Shown one piece after another: positions 8,274 to 18,166 of a DNA stretch of 64,000 nucleotides. Position numbers and translations under genes: made by a program. Positions within the stretch are counted from its first letter, which is position 1; every line of letters starts with the position of its first letter. The stretch lies in assembly GCA_046758505.1 (NCBI GenBank), contig JBHIAH010000005.1, positions 6,273 through 70,272 on the forward strand, given 5' to 3'. The DNA is from Candidatus Methylomirabilales bacterium. GTDB taxonomy: Bacteria; Methylomirabilota; Methylomirabilia; Methylomirabilales; CSP1-5. The notes under the pieces are model-generated. The model saw nothing but the letters and a program-made list of their open reading frames with translations, was not told where the DNA came from and made no database searches.

Positions 8274-11123
8274 ATGACTGAGCGGAAGCAAACCATCCTG
8301 GTCACCGGCAGCAACGGCTACATCGGGTATGCGGTGGCCAAACGACTGAGGGAGTCCTTCAATGTCGTCGGGTTCGACCGCCGCCAGCCCTCCCACCCGC
8401 CGGCGACCGCCGAGTGCCTTTACGTGGACATCACCTCCGAGCCGAGCCTTCGACGCGGCCTAGAGGCCGTGCGCCACCTGCACGGCGACCGCCTGGCGTC
8501 GGTTATCCACCTGGCGGCGTACTACGACTTTTCCGGCGCGCCAAGCCCGCTGTACGAGAAGGTCACCGTGCGCGGGACCGAGCGGCTGCTGCGCCTCCTG
8601 CGGGAGTCCTTCACGGTGAAGCAGTTCATCTTCTCCAGTACCATGCTGGTCCACGCGCCGACGGCGCCGGGCCGGCCGATCACGGAGGACTCGCCGCTGG
8701 CGCCCACCTGGGCCTATCCCCAGTCCAAGGTCCGGACGGAAGAGGTGATCCACGCCGGGCGCGGCGACATTCCCACGGTCATCCTGCGCATCGGCGGCGT
8801 CTACGACGACCTGGGCCATTCCATGCCGGTGCCCCGGCAGATGCAGCGCATCTTCGAGCGCGATGTCACCGCGTGTGTCTTCCCCGGGGACCTCTCCCAC
8901 GGGCAGTCGTTCGTGCACCTCGACGATGTGGTCGACCTGTTCGTCCTGCTGGTCACGCGGCGGCACGAGCTGCCCGCGGAGCTTCCGCTCCTCGTCGGAG
9001 AGCCCGAGACGCTCAGCTACGACGAGATGCAGCGCCACGTAGGGCGGCTTGTTCACGGGGAGGACTGGAAGACGCGCCGGATTCCCAAGCCGCTGGCCAA
9101 GCTCGGCGCCTGGCTGCAGCAGACCCTGCCGCTCGGCGTCACGCCCGTCTACAAATCCTGGATGGTCGACCGTGCCGACGATCACTACCAGCTCGACATC
9201 ACCCGGGCCCGCACCGCGGTCGGCTGGGAGCCGAAGCGCTCCCTGCGCGAGGCGCTGCCGAAGCTCGTCGCCGGGCTCAAGGCCGACCCCTGCGCCTGGT
9301 ACCGCGAAAACGAAATCAAGATGCCCCGCTGGCTGCAAGAGGTCGCCCCGCAGCCGGCCGTGGACATGACGGGGATCGATGTGCACCGGCTGATGCAGGT
9401 ACGCCGGCCGGCGGGTCTGGACGTCCAAAAGCTGCAGGAATTGGTGCTGGGAGGAGGAACGACGATAGCCCAGCCCGGCAGGCACGGGGAGCACCGGGAG
9501 GCTGGCGGGCACGAGGCGGCGCACACGCCGGGCCAGCGCGAAGATCAGGAACTCCGGGCCAGGGAAGAGCATCTCGGGCAGCTGCGCGTCGTGCAGGCGG
9601 CGCTGTGGCCGGCGTTCGAGCAGGAACTGCAGGAGCTTCGCACACACGATGCAGAAGCGCAGCGTGTCATGGAGACCGACCCGGCCGGCCACATCGAGAT
9701 GATGCGCATGCCGCAGGAGCACAAGGCGCTGATCCGTGAGCTGCCGCGGGCGGTGCTGCAGCGCGAGGCGGAACTCTATACGGAGATCGCAAGGGCGCGA
9801 GAGGCGGAACTGGCCAGGATGCGGCCGGAGCCTGGCGTGGTGATGGCAGGACATGTGCAGATGGAACGGTGGACGCAGGCCGCGCTGCTCTCGCTGGGCG
9901 CCTGGCTCGTCTTCAGCCCGTCTGCCCTGGGCTATCGCAGCACCGCGCTGTGGTGGAGCGACGTCCTCAGCGGCATCCTGGTCGTTGCCCTTGCGCTCCT
10001 GGCGCTTGCCGGCCGCGGCTGGGCGCCGTGGGCGAATACGTTCGTGGGGCTGTGGGTGATGTTTGCCCCGCTGGCACTCTGGGCGCCGGACCCCGCGGCG
10101 TACGGGAACGACACGCTCGTCGGCGCGCTGGTCGTCGCCTTCGCCATCCTGGTCCCGATGCGGATGACCATGACGGGACGCGACGTGCCGGTCGGGTGGA
10201 CGTACAGCCCGTCGACCTGGCTGCAGCGCGCGCCGATCATCGCGCTGGGCCTGCTGAGCTTCTTCATGTCACGGTACATGGCGGCGTTCCAGCTCGGTCA
10301 CATCACACTGGCCTGGGACCCGTTCTTCGGAAACGGCACCATGCGAGTCCTTACCTCCGAGGTCTCGCGCGCCTTCCCCATCTCCGACGCGGGCCTGGGG
10401 GCGTACACATACATGATCGAGGTCCTCTCCGGGCTGATGGGCGACGAGCGGCGCTGGCGCACGATGCCCTGGATGGTGGCGCTGTTCGGCTTCGCCGTCG
10501 TCCCGCTGGGCATCATCAGCGTTGTGCTGATCATCCTGCAGCCTCTGGCTGTGGGCGCCTGGTGCACGCTGTGCCTGGCGTCGGCGCTCTTGATGCTGAT
10601 CATGGTGGTGCTCTCGCTGGACGAAGTGTTCGCCATGATCCAGTTTCTCATCCAGAGCCACCGCGCCGGGAGGTCGGCATGGCGCGTGTTCTGGCTGGGG
10701 GGCAATCCGCTGCCATACCCGGAGGACATCGACTTTACCCGGCGGCACTCCGGCGCCTGGGCAGAGATGTTCTGGGGAGCCAACGTGCCCCGGACCCTGC
10801 TGCTGACCGCCCTGCTCGGCGCCTGGCTGATGGCGGCCCCGGCGGTGTTCGGAAGCCGGCCGCCAGCGGCCCACAGTGATCACCTCCTGGGCGCCCTAGT
10901 GGCCGTGGTGGCCCTGATAGCCATGGCCGAGATTGCCCGCGGCGTGCGCTTCCTCAACATCCTACTGGCCCTCGGGCTCATCATCGCCCCGTGGGTGCTC
11001 CCCGGCGCACCGCTCCTCGCGCGCCTCAACGACCTGGTCGCTGGCGCAATCGTGATCGGGCTGAGCCTGCCGCGGGGACCGATCAGGGACCGCTACGGCT
11101 CGTGGAACCCGTATATCCTCTGA
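8274..11123 (+). CDS. NAD-dependent epimerase/dehydratase fused to SPW repeats and a vitamin K epoxide reductase (VKOR) domain
   Basis: TGSNGYIG, HLAAYY, YPQSK; FSPSALGY SPW-like repeats; DAGLGA and AWCTLC (VKOR CxxC); GGAGG RBS. Confidence 0.85.
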   Translation: MTERKQTILVTGSNGYIGYAVAKRLRESFNVVGFDRRQPSHPPATAECLYVDITSEPSLRRGLEAVRHLHGDRLASVIHLAAYYDFSGAPSPLYEKVTVRGTERLLRLLRESFTVKQFIFSSTMLVHAPTAPGRPITEDSPLAPTWAYPQSKVRTEEVIHAGRGDIPTVILRIGGVYDDLGHSMPVPRQMQRIFERDVTACVFPGDLSHGQSFVHLDDVVDLFVLLVTRRHELPAELPLLVGEPETLSYDEMQRHVGRLVHGEDWKTRRIPKPLAKLGAWLQQTLPLGVTPVYKSWMVDRADDHYQLDITRARTAVGWEPKRSLREALPKLVAGLKADPCAWYRENEIKMPRWLQEVAPQPAVDMTGIDVHRLMQVRRPAGLDVQKLQELVLGGGTTIAQPGRHGEHREAGGHEAAHTPGQREDQELRAREEHLGQLRVVQAALWPAFEQELQELRTHDAEAQRVMETDPAGHIEMMRMPQEHKALIRELPRAVLQREAELYTEIARAREAELARMRPEPGVVMAGHVQMERWTQAALLSLGAWLVFSPSALGYRSTALWWSDVLSGILVVALALLALAGRGWAPWANTFVGLWVMFAPLALWAPDPAAYGNDTLVGALVVAFAILVPMRMTMTGRDVPVGWTYSPSTWLQRAPIIALGLLSFFMSRYMAAFQLGHITLAWDPFFGNGTMRVLTSEVSRAFPISDAGLGAYTYMIEVLSGLMGDERRWRTMPWMVALFGFAVVPLGIISVVLIILQPLAVGAWCTLCLASALLMLIMVVLSLDEVFAMIQFLIQSHRAGRSAWRVFWLGGNPLPYPEDIDFTRRHSGAWAEMFWGANVPRTLLLTALLGAWLMAAPAVFGSRPPAAHSDHLLGALVAVVALIAMAEIARGVRFLNILLALGLIIAPWVLPGAPLLARLNDLVAGAIVIGLSLPRGPIRDRYGSWNPYIL

Positions 11124-11357
11124 ACCGGTGAGGCGGCATCGTGTGGTGAGAAAGCGACAGCGCGCACGGGCGCGGAACGCCGACGGGGCGGTGAGCCGGT
11201 GAAGGCATCACAGCGCGACGTGCCAAGACGACGGAAAAAGGAGACCGGGGGGTCCCGCCTGAGGTGCCGGGGACGAACAGCGCTTGCACGGCACCCTGGG
11301 AAGCAGAACCGACTCGGACATGCACTCCACAACCAGGACCTACAAGAAGGAATGAGC

Positions 11358-11517
11358 ATGGCGAAGGACCCGGTGTGCGGAATGGAGGTCAACGAGAAAA
11401 AGGTCGAGGCCACGGCAACTCATGGGGGGCAAGACCTACTACTTCTGGGCCAAGCGCCGCAAGCAGGTCTTTGAAAAGGACCCGTCGAAGTATACGGGTG
11501 GCCACTCGGGTCATTGA
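11358..11517 (+). pseudogene. Frameshifted YHS-domain protein
   Basis: [11 protein letters not shown]..., then one extra G in a G6 run (catggggggc); continuation KTYYFWAKRRKQVFEKDPSKY has lost both Cys of FCxxxC. Confidence 0.75.
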
Positions 11518-11648
11518 TCGCGGGGCCGGAGCTGGGATCGAAGCCAACTACTTAGAGATTCCCCTATCACGCTTTATAGCTGGACGCGGTAAAAGGGAAA
11601 TTCCCTTACGACATAGCTCCAGGACATCGGGATCATGCTAGGAGAGCA

Positions 11649-12350
11649 ATGATGGAACAGCATGCCTGGTTTATTTGGTCGTTAGGATTTCTGGTCCTTT
11701 GGTTTGGTCTCTATATGATAAAACCACCGATGCGCAAGCAAATGCTCCGGGTGAGCCTGTGGACTGCGCCCCTGGGCCTGACGGAGCCCCTCTTTGTCCC
11801 GGAATATTGGAACCCTCCCAGTCTGTTTGATCTGGCTCAGCGGACAGGATTTGATTTTGAAAGCCTCATTTTCTGTTTTGCGGTCGGGGGTATAGGAACA
11901 GTACTCTACGAAGCGCTTGTGCCTGTCCGGCACGTTCCCATGAGTCACGAAGAACGGAGTGATCCGCGCCATCGGCTGCATATTCTGGCCCTGACCAGCC
12001 CCGTTATTGTTTTCATTCCACTGCTGCTTGGGACTTCGTGGAACCCCATCTACTCCGGAAGTCTTGCCATGTTCGTCGGTGCGATTGCCTCTCTGTTCTG
12101 TCGGCCTGACTTGAAAGCCAAAATTTGGATCGGCGGCGGGGTGTTCTTCCTTCTTTACTTTATGTTTTTCCAATTACTTGATCTGTCCTTTCCGGGCTAC
12201 GTTGAACGGGTCTGGACACTGACGGCCATTTCAGGCCTGCTTGTTTGGGGGATCCCAGTGGAGGAATATCTGTTCGCAATCACTTTTGGCATGATGTGGT
12301 CCAGCCTATATGAGCATCTGTTCTGGTACAAAGTGGTCCCGGCTACGTAG
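11649..12350 (+). CDS. Lycopene-cyclase-domain (CrtYc/d-like) membrane protein
   Basis: Two repeated hydrophobic halves; GIPVEEYLF motif; PEYWNPPSLF. Confidence 0.7.
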   Translation: MMEQHAWFIWSLGFLVLWFGLYMIKPPMRKQMLRVSLWTAPLGLTEPLFVPEYWNPPSLFDLAQRTGFDFESLIFCFAVGGIGTVLYEALVPVRHVPMSHEERSDPRHRLHILALTSPVIVFIPLLLGTSWNPIYSGSLAMFVGAIASLFCRPDLKAKIWIGGGVFFLLYFMFFQLLDLSFPGYVERVWTLTAISGLLVWGIPVEEYLFAITFGMMWSSLYEHLFWYKVVPAT

Positions 12351-12546
12351 TCTGGGGAGCATATTCGGATGTCTTTAAAATTTGTAGAGATTGTGGGTGC
12401 TAGTCCGGCCTTTGGTGGCCGTCGCGCCTTGATGGGCAGGCCTTGCTGCGGCTGCCAGAGAGAATAAACCATCAGGAAGGGTGCGATGAGGAGGAACCTC
12501 GGGGCTTGTACGGGTCAAGGAGAACCTGCAAAAAGAGGTGAGATCG

Positions 12547-13575
12547 ATGTCCGTCATCAGGCACGATCCAACCACTAAAGAGTGGGTGATCATTGCAACT
12601 GAGCGAGGGGAACGCCCCCACGATTTCAAGAAGGAGGACCGAGCGCGTGTCTTAAGTCTTCGCGAGCCATCCTGCCCGTTCTATTCAGGCAATGAGGCTA
12701 AAACACCACTGGAAATCTTGCGCATACCGGATCGCGAGGGGGATGGATGGGCCGTGCGCGTGGTGCCCAACAAGTTCGCAGCGCTGACGGCGCAAGGAGA
12801 GCCGAGGACAAGGGAAGATGGGCCGCTCTTCAGAGAGATGGACGGGGTCGGCCACTACGAGGTGATCATCGAGACACCGATTCATAACCAGTTCTTACCT
12901 TTGATGGAAGATTCGGAGGTCGAGCAGGTGGTCCACGCCTACCGGGAGCGATATCTCGCCCTGAGACAAGACAAGCGCGTGAAGCTGATCCTCATCTTCA
13001 AGAATCACGGCGAGGCGGCGGGGACCTCCTTGGAGCATCCCCACTCCCAGCTAGTGGCAACCCCCGTCCTCCCGGCATCTATCCGACACAGATACGATGT
13101 GGCCATCCAATACGACACCGCGACGGGGCGATGCCTGCACTGTGATATCGTGGAGGCAGAGCGGAAGGCGGGCGAGCGGGTAGTCTTTGAAACGGACGAC
13201 TTCCTAGTGTTCCATCGTTTCGTCTCCGGATCCCCCTATGAGACCTGGATCGCCCCGAAGCGGCATCGGCCTTCCTTCGGCCAGATCATGCTGGAGGAAT
13301 GCCAAGCGTTAGCCGTCGTCTTGAAGACCACCCTGACCAGGCTGGGGAATGCCCTCAACGATCCGGATTACAACTTCGTGATCTACACAGCTCCTGTCGG
13401 GGATGAGGAGAGGGAGTATTACCTCTGGCACATCCAGATCCTCCCACGCCTGACCACGGTGGCGGGGTTCGAGATTGGCTCCGGCATGCGAATCAATATC
13501 GCCAAACCTGAGGAGACAGCGATGTTTGTGCGGGAGATTTCGACAACAGCCTGGTGTTTCACGAGGACACCGTAA
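12547..13575 (+). CDS. galT: Galactose-1-phosphate uridylyltransferase (HIT superfamily)
   Basis: RGERPHDF, VVPNKF, FKNHG..AGTSLEHPHSQL (HxH), AGFEIGSG. Confidence 0.88.
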   Translation: MSVIRHDPTTKEWVIIATERGERPHDFKKEDRARVLSLREPSCPFYSGNEAKTPLEILRIPDREGDGWAVRVVPNKFAALTAQGEPRTREDGPLFREMDGVGHYEVIIETPIHNQFLPLMEDSEVEQVVHAYRERYLALRQDKRVKLILIFKNHGEAAGTSLEHPHSQLVATPVLPASIRHRYDVAIQYDTATGRCLHCDIVEAERKAGERVVFETDDFLVFHRFVSGSPYETWIAPKRHRPSFGQIMLEECQALAVVLKTTLTRLGNALNDPDYNFVIYTAPVGDEEREYYLWHIQILPRLTTVAGFEIGSGMRINIAKPEETAMFVREISTTAWCFTRTP

Positions 13576-13777
13576 CAGCTCGTGGACCTCCGCCCCTCGG
13601 ATGCTTCGCAGCTGGTGGCCAGGTAACCGAGAAGGGAGGACCCTGAGAAACAGTTCTTGAGGAAGGCAGCGGCTCTCGAAGCAGGATTGCAAAATGGTCA
13701 AGGATCCCTTAAACTCCCCTGATATTGAATGGCCTGTGTCGGGAAAAGACGTGGAATGAGAGGAGAGGAGATTCACA

Positions 13778-13924
13778 ATGGTGAAAGATCCGGTCTGCGG
13801 CATGCAAGTGGATGAAGTACAGGCAGCAGCGACGGCCGTCTACCAGGGCAAGACCTACTACTTCTGCTCGAGCGGCTGCAAGGCAACCTTCGAGAAGAAT
13901 CCGGGGAAGTATGCGGCGAGCTAA
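13778..13924 (+). CDS. Stand-alone YHS-domain protein, 48 aa; not in the ORF track
   Basis: [56 protein letters not shown]. Confidence 0.88.
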   Translation: MVKDPVCGMQVDEVQAAATAVYQGKTYYFCSSGCKATFEKNPGKYAAS

Positions 13925-14137
13925 GAAAGGTGACCCCATGCGGTGCTAGAACTTGGCTCGGTAGCGGGGGGAGGGGGGGCGCTGACGCGGCACGGAGCCA
14001 TGCGACGACATGCGGGGCAGAGAGGACGGTTATCCTGCTGTTACTGAGCAAGGAGAGACTCTCATGAGTGAGTTTTTGTGGAACTACGGTCCTTGTGCTT
14101 CGTGCACAAGCTGAGCGTGCCGAGCGGAGGCTAAGGT

Positions 14138-15994
14138 ATGGAGCCAAAGCACCAAAAGCTTACGATCTGGTATGCGATGGTGGCATTCGTAGCGCTGTTG
14201 CTGATTCAGTCCGTGTTTTTCGCGCCCCATACAGAGAACCTCTCCTACAACGAGTTCAAGGCCCTCGTGAAGAAGGACATGGTGAACAACCTGGTCCTCG
14301 GTAAGCAGACGATCACGGGCACGCTCTCACCGGAAGGGCTCGAAGGCATCCTCCCCAGGGAGAAGATCACGGAGCTGAAGCGTTACGGGAAAGGGGAGCA
14401 CCGCTTCGTCACGGCCCGCGTCGATGATCCCGCATTGGTCTCCGAGCTCGAGACCGCGAAGGTCCGCTTCACCGGGCGTGTGGAGAACACGTGGCTCTCC
14501 GTGCTGCTCTCCTGGGTGCTTCCGGCCTTGATCTTCTATGGGCTGTGGGTGGTTCTGATGCGCCGCATGGGGACCCAGGGGGGGCTCATGACCATTGGCA
14601 AGAGCAAGGCCAAGGTGTACATGGAGCGAAGCACCGGTGTGTCATTCGACGATGTGGCTGGGATCGACGAACCTCGGGACGAGCTGATGGAGATTGTGGA
14701 CTTCCTCAAGAACCCACAGCGCTATCAGCGGTTGGGGGGCAAGATCCCCAAGGGCGTGCTGCTCGTCGGCGAGCCCGGGACCGGGAAGACCCTGCTCGCC
14801 AAGGCCGTGGCCGGGGAGGCGGCCGTCCCGTTCTTCAGCTTGAGTGGCTCGGACTTTGTGGAGATGTTCGTCGGCGTGGGGGCCGCACGGGTCCGGGACC
14901 TCTTCGCCCAGGCTCAGGCCCACGCGCCGACCATCATCTTCATCGACGAGCTGGATGCCCTGGGCAAGGCCAGGGGCATCAGCCCAATCACGGGCGGCCA
15001 CGATGAGCGGGAACAGACGCTGAACCAGCTTCTGACCGAGATGGACGGGTTCGATACCCAGAAGGGCCTCATCATCATGGCGGCCAGCAACCGGCCCGAG
15101 ATCCTGGACCCGGCTCTGCTGCGCCCCGGTCGTTTCGACCGTAAGGTCGTGATCGACCGGCCTGATCTCAACGGACGGGAGAAGATCCTCAGAGTCCACA
15201 GCCGTGAGGTCCCGCTCGCGCCCGATCTGGATCTGTCGCTGATCGCCGCACGGACGCCGGGATTTGTCGGCGCGGATCTCGCGAATCTCGTCAACGAGGC
15301 CGCCCTCCACGCCGCACGTGCGGGGAAGGACGCGGTGGAGATGGCCGACTTCGACGAGGCCATTGACCGGGTAGTCGCCGGGCTCGAGCGAAAATCCCGG
15401 GTCATCAATCCGAAGGAAAAGGAGATCGTAGCCTACCACGAGGCCGGCCACGCTCTGGTGGCCGAGTCCCGGGCGCACGCCGACCGAGTCGCCAAAATCT
15501 CGATCATCCCTCGCGGGGTGGCTGCCCTCGGCTACACCCAGCAGCAACCCACGGAGGATCGGTACCTGATGACGCGAGCAGAGCTGTTCGATCGGCTGGA
15601 TGTGCTCCTGGGCGGCCGCGTCGCAGAGGAGATCGTCTTTGGCGACGTCTCCACGGGGGCGCAGGACGACCTCCAACGCGCCACCGACCTCGCCCGCCAC
15701 ATGATCATGCGCTACGGGATGAGCGAGGCGCTGGGACTGGCCACCTTCGAGGAGCCACGGCAGGCCCTCTTCCTCCACGTGCCGCCGGGCGGACAGAAAG
15801 AGTACAGTGAGGAGACGAGCCGGATGATAGACGTGGAGATCCGGAAGATATTCGAGGCGTCCCATGCGCGGGTCCGAGAAACACTGACGGTGAAGCGCGA
15901 TGTGCTGGAGACCCTGGCCAAACTGCTGATCGAGAAAGAGGTCGTGGACCGGGAGATGCTCGCCCGCCTCCTCGCCGGGGCGAAGCCGGCGTAG
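14138..15994 (+). CDS. ftsH: ATP-dependent zinc metalloprotease FtsH (probably an accessory copy)
   Basis: Two TMs; [27 protein letters not shown]. Confidence 0.95.
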   Translation: MEPKHQKLTIWYAMVAFVALLLIQSVFFAPHTENLSYNEFKALVKKDMVNNLVLGKQTITGTLSPEGLEGILPREKITELKRYGKGEHRFVTARVDDPALVSELETAKVRFTGRVENTWLSVLLSWVLPALIFYGLWVVLMRRMGTQGGLMTIGKSKAKVYMERSTGVSFDDVAGIDEPRDELMEIVDFLKNPQRYQRLGGKIPKGVLLVGEPGTGKTLLAKAVAGEAAVPFFSLSGSDFVEMFVGVGAARVRDLFAQAQAHAPTIIFIDELDALGKARGISPITGGHDEREQTLNQLLTEMDGFDTQKGLIIMAASNRPEILDPALLRPGRFDRKVVIDRPDLNGREKILRVHSREVPLAPDLDLSLIAARTPGFVGADLANLVNEAALHAARAGKDAVEMADFDEAIDRVVAGLERKSRVINPKEKEIVAYHEAGHALVAESRAHADRVAKISIIPRGVAALGYTQQQPTEDRYLMTRAELFDRLDVLLGGRVAEEIVFGDVSTGAQDDLQRATDLARHMIMRYGMSEALGLATFEEPRQALFLHVPPGGQKEYSEETSRMIDVEIRKIFEASHARVRETLTVKRDVLETLAKLLIEKEVVDREMLARLLAGAKPA

Positions 15995-16014
15995 CGCCGG
16001 AGGAGATCGAACGG

Positions 16015-16923
16015 ATGCCATCCGGGTATCTCGGGCGAACGGCGGTAGCGCTCGTCGTAATCCTTGTATGGAGTGCGTGCTTTGTGGTCATCAAGGCGAG
16101 TCAGGCCGATGCCCCGCCGCTCTTTTACGGCGGGCTTCGCGCGTTACTCGGAGGACTCCCCCTGCTCGCGGTCGCCGCCTCAACGGGGAGATTTCTGCCT
16201 CCACCTCGGAGCTGGGGGTGGATCGCAGTTCTAGCTCTCACGAACACCACGTTTGGTCTCGCCGGGATGTTCCTCAGCGTGGGGGCGGTGGGAGCGGCGG
16301 TCTCGGGCGTGCTGGCCAACAGCCAGGCACTACTCGTGGCCCCGTTTGCAGCGCTCCTTTTTGGCGAGACCCTGACAAGGGGTCGGGTCGTGGGGCTTCT
16401 CTTGGGGGTTACCGGGGTCGCCCTGATATTTCCGGCGGCTCAGGGAGGATCCGGGGGTACGGAGGGAGCAGCACTAGGGCTAATGGCGGCAGGCGGGCTC
16501 GCAGCGGGAAACCTGGTGATCAAGCACATCGGATCCTGGGTGGACGCGCTGACCGCAACGGCCTGGCAGTACGTGCTGGGCGCATTGCCGCTCCTGGGGT
16601 GGTCGTTGATCGTGGAGGATACAAACAAGGTGGCGTGGACGTCGGTGTTTGTCGCGGGTCTGCTCTTTCTTGGCCTGGTCGGGTCGGCGGGGGCCTCGTG
16701 GGTCTGGTACCGGCTCGTCAGTGAGGGCGAGCTGATCGCGCTTAACGGGTTGACCCTACTGACGCCGGCCTTTTCCCTGGTATTCGCGCTGCTCATCTAC
16801 CGAGAGCGGGTCAGTGCTCTCGGCATGCTCGGCATTGCGATTGTGCTCGTCGGCGTCGCCTGGGTCGGTTGGCCCCGACACGCGACGCCCGCTCGGGTTG
16901 GGACCAGGCTGAACACCCGTTGA
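16015..16923 (+). CDS. DMT/EamA-family transporter
   Basis: About 10 TM helices; WSACFVVIK..PPL..R and LTP/ERV EamA-type motifs. Confidence 0.85.
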   Translation: MPSGYLGRTAVALVVILVWSACFVVIKASQADAPPLFYGGLRALLGGLPLLAVAASTGRFLPPPRSWGWIAVLALTNTTFGLAGMFLSVGAVGAAVSGVLANSQALLVAPFAALLFGETLTRGRVVGLLLGVTGVALIFPAAQGGSGGTEGAALGLMAAGGLAAGNLVIKHIGSWVDALTATAWQYVLGALPLLGWSLIVEDTNKVAWTSVFVAGLLFLGLVGSAGASWVWYRLVSEGELIALNGLTLLTPAFSLVFALLIYRERVSALGMLGIAIVLVGVAWVGWPRHATPARVGTRLNTR

Positions 16924-16932
16924 GGGAATGAG

Positions 16933-16986
16933 ATTTCGCGGACCCCGGAGCGCACATCCTGTTTCGGGAACCGACGGTGGTCATGG
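16933..16986 (+). pseudogene. Vestigial copy of the 5' end of the ICMT-like gene at 18167
   Basis: 45/54 nt identical to 18162-18215 by manual alignment; ATG replaced by GCG. Confidence 0.65.
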
Positions 16987-17050
16987 AGCAACACCCCTCG
17001 GATGCCAAGCCGGAGCCGTCGTGAAGAGCCCCCCGGTGGAGGGAGGAACT

Positions 17051-17608
17051 GTGAGCGAAGAGGTGACCATAGGCCGCACCGACCTCCTCGTACAGAGTAA
17101 GATCCGATTCCTGACCTTTCTGGAGCGGCGCATGGGTAGCCGGGCCGACGCAGAGGATTTGCTGCAAACAGCCTATCTGAGAGCGTTTGCCGAAGCCGGG
17201 CCCCTTCGCAACGAAGAAAAGGTTGTGCTGTGGTTTTACCAACTGCTCCGTAATCTGCTCGTCGACTACTATCGGCACCGGGCAGCCACCGCTCGCCTAG
17301 AGGAACGTTTCGCCCGTGAAACTGACACGACAGCCGTGATTGAGAACGAGCTATTTCGCGAGGTGTGCCGCTGTGTAAAGGACGTGAGCGAGGCGTTAAA
17401 GCCCGAGTACCACGAGATGCTCTTGAGGGTGGAGCTTCGGGACGAACCGCTCCAGCACGTAGCGAGTGAGCTTGGCATTACCCCTAATAACGCCTCCGTT
17501 CGCCTCCATCGAGCCCGCCAGGCACTACGCGAAGCGCTCCGGGTCACCTGCGGGGCCTGTACGGAGCACGGGTGCCTGGACTGCACGTGTCGCCAAGGGG
17601 CCAGCTAG
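17051..17608 (+). CDS. CorE-like ECF sigma factor with a Cys-rich C-terminus
   Basis: AEDLLQ and WFYQLLRN (sigma2); VCRCV linker CxC; VRLHRAR (sigma4); TCGACTEHGCLDCTC tail; GGAGG RBS with GTG start. Confidence 0.85.
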   Translation: MSEEVTIGRTDLLVQSKIRFLTFLERRMGSRADAEDLLQTAYLRAFAEAGPLRNEEKVVLWFYQLLRNLLVDYYRHRAATARLEERFARETDTTAVIENELFREVCRCVKDVSEALKPEYHEMLLRVELRDEPLQHVASELGITPNNASVRLHRARQALREALRVTCGACTEHGCLDCTCRQGAS

Positions 17609-17736
17609 CCACCTCCATCTGCATCAGGCTGCTAACGGGCTTGAGGACGACCAATTGAAAAAACTACAACCCCCAAGGCTTTTGTGCCATCCGACATGCA
17701 TGGAACTACCTGATTCTAAAGCGTTATTGAACGTGG

Positions 17737-17762
17737 TGTAAGAATCGGCTTGCTCATACGTC
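17737..17762 (+). promoter_or_regulatory. Candidate ECF-type promoter (TGTAAG-N16-CGTC)
   Basis: ECF-like -35/-10 spacing about 70 nt upstream of the DUF5676-like ORF, right after the sigma gene. Confidence 0.4.
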
Positions 17763-17833
17763 TCCTCTGGTGAAGGGGACAAACGGAATCGGGGAAAACA
17801 CCGTCACGGAAAACTGGAGAGCAGGCAACGACC

Positions 17834-18091
17834 ATGAAAACGTTGAGCTTTAAGGTAGTAGCTTCGACCCTGAGCCTTTTGGGAATTGTAACCTACACCG
17901 TGTGCATCTTGTGGGACCTGGCCTTCCCACAATTCACGATGGTGGCAATTTGGAAGACCCTGCTCCCAGGCTTTCAGGGGATGACCTGGGAGTCGTATTT
18001 CCTGGGCCTGGTGGAGATCACTCTTTACGCGCTTTACACGGCGCTGATCTTCGTCCCGAGCTACAACTACTTCCAACGCCGCTGGGCCTAA
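17834..18091 (+). CDS. DUF5676-like small membrane protein (second copy)
   Basis: YTVCILW...LLPGF..MT...GLVE...YN; resembles 2989-3252. Confidence 0.75.
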   Translation: MKTLSFKVVASTLSLLGIVTYTVCILWDLAFPQFTMVAIWKTLLPGFQGMTWESYFLGLVEITLYALYTALIFVPSYNYFQRRWA

Positions 18092-18166
18092 AAAAGGCAG
18101 AGGCACAACCCAAGACAGCCCAGGGCCAGCAGCGAGCAGATTAGTCCCTGAGGGGAGGCGAATTTC

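Noticed and set aside
8414..10879. Long alternative-frame and antisense ORFs over the epimerase-VKOR gene; similar ones over ftsH, korAB, gabD and acnA
   Set aside because: Arg/Pro/Gly-rich shadows overlapping well-supported genes
11124..11220. Short direct repeats (CCGGTGA..GGCATC, ACAGCGCG) after the VKOR gene
   Set aside because: Too short and degenerate in GC-rich DNA to support a feature
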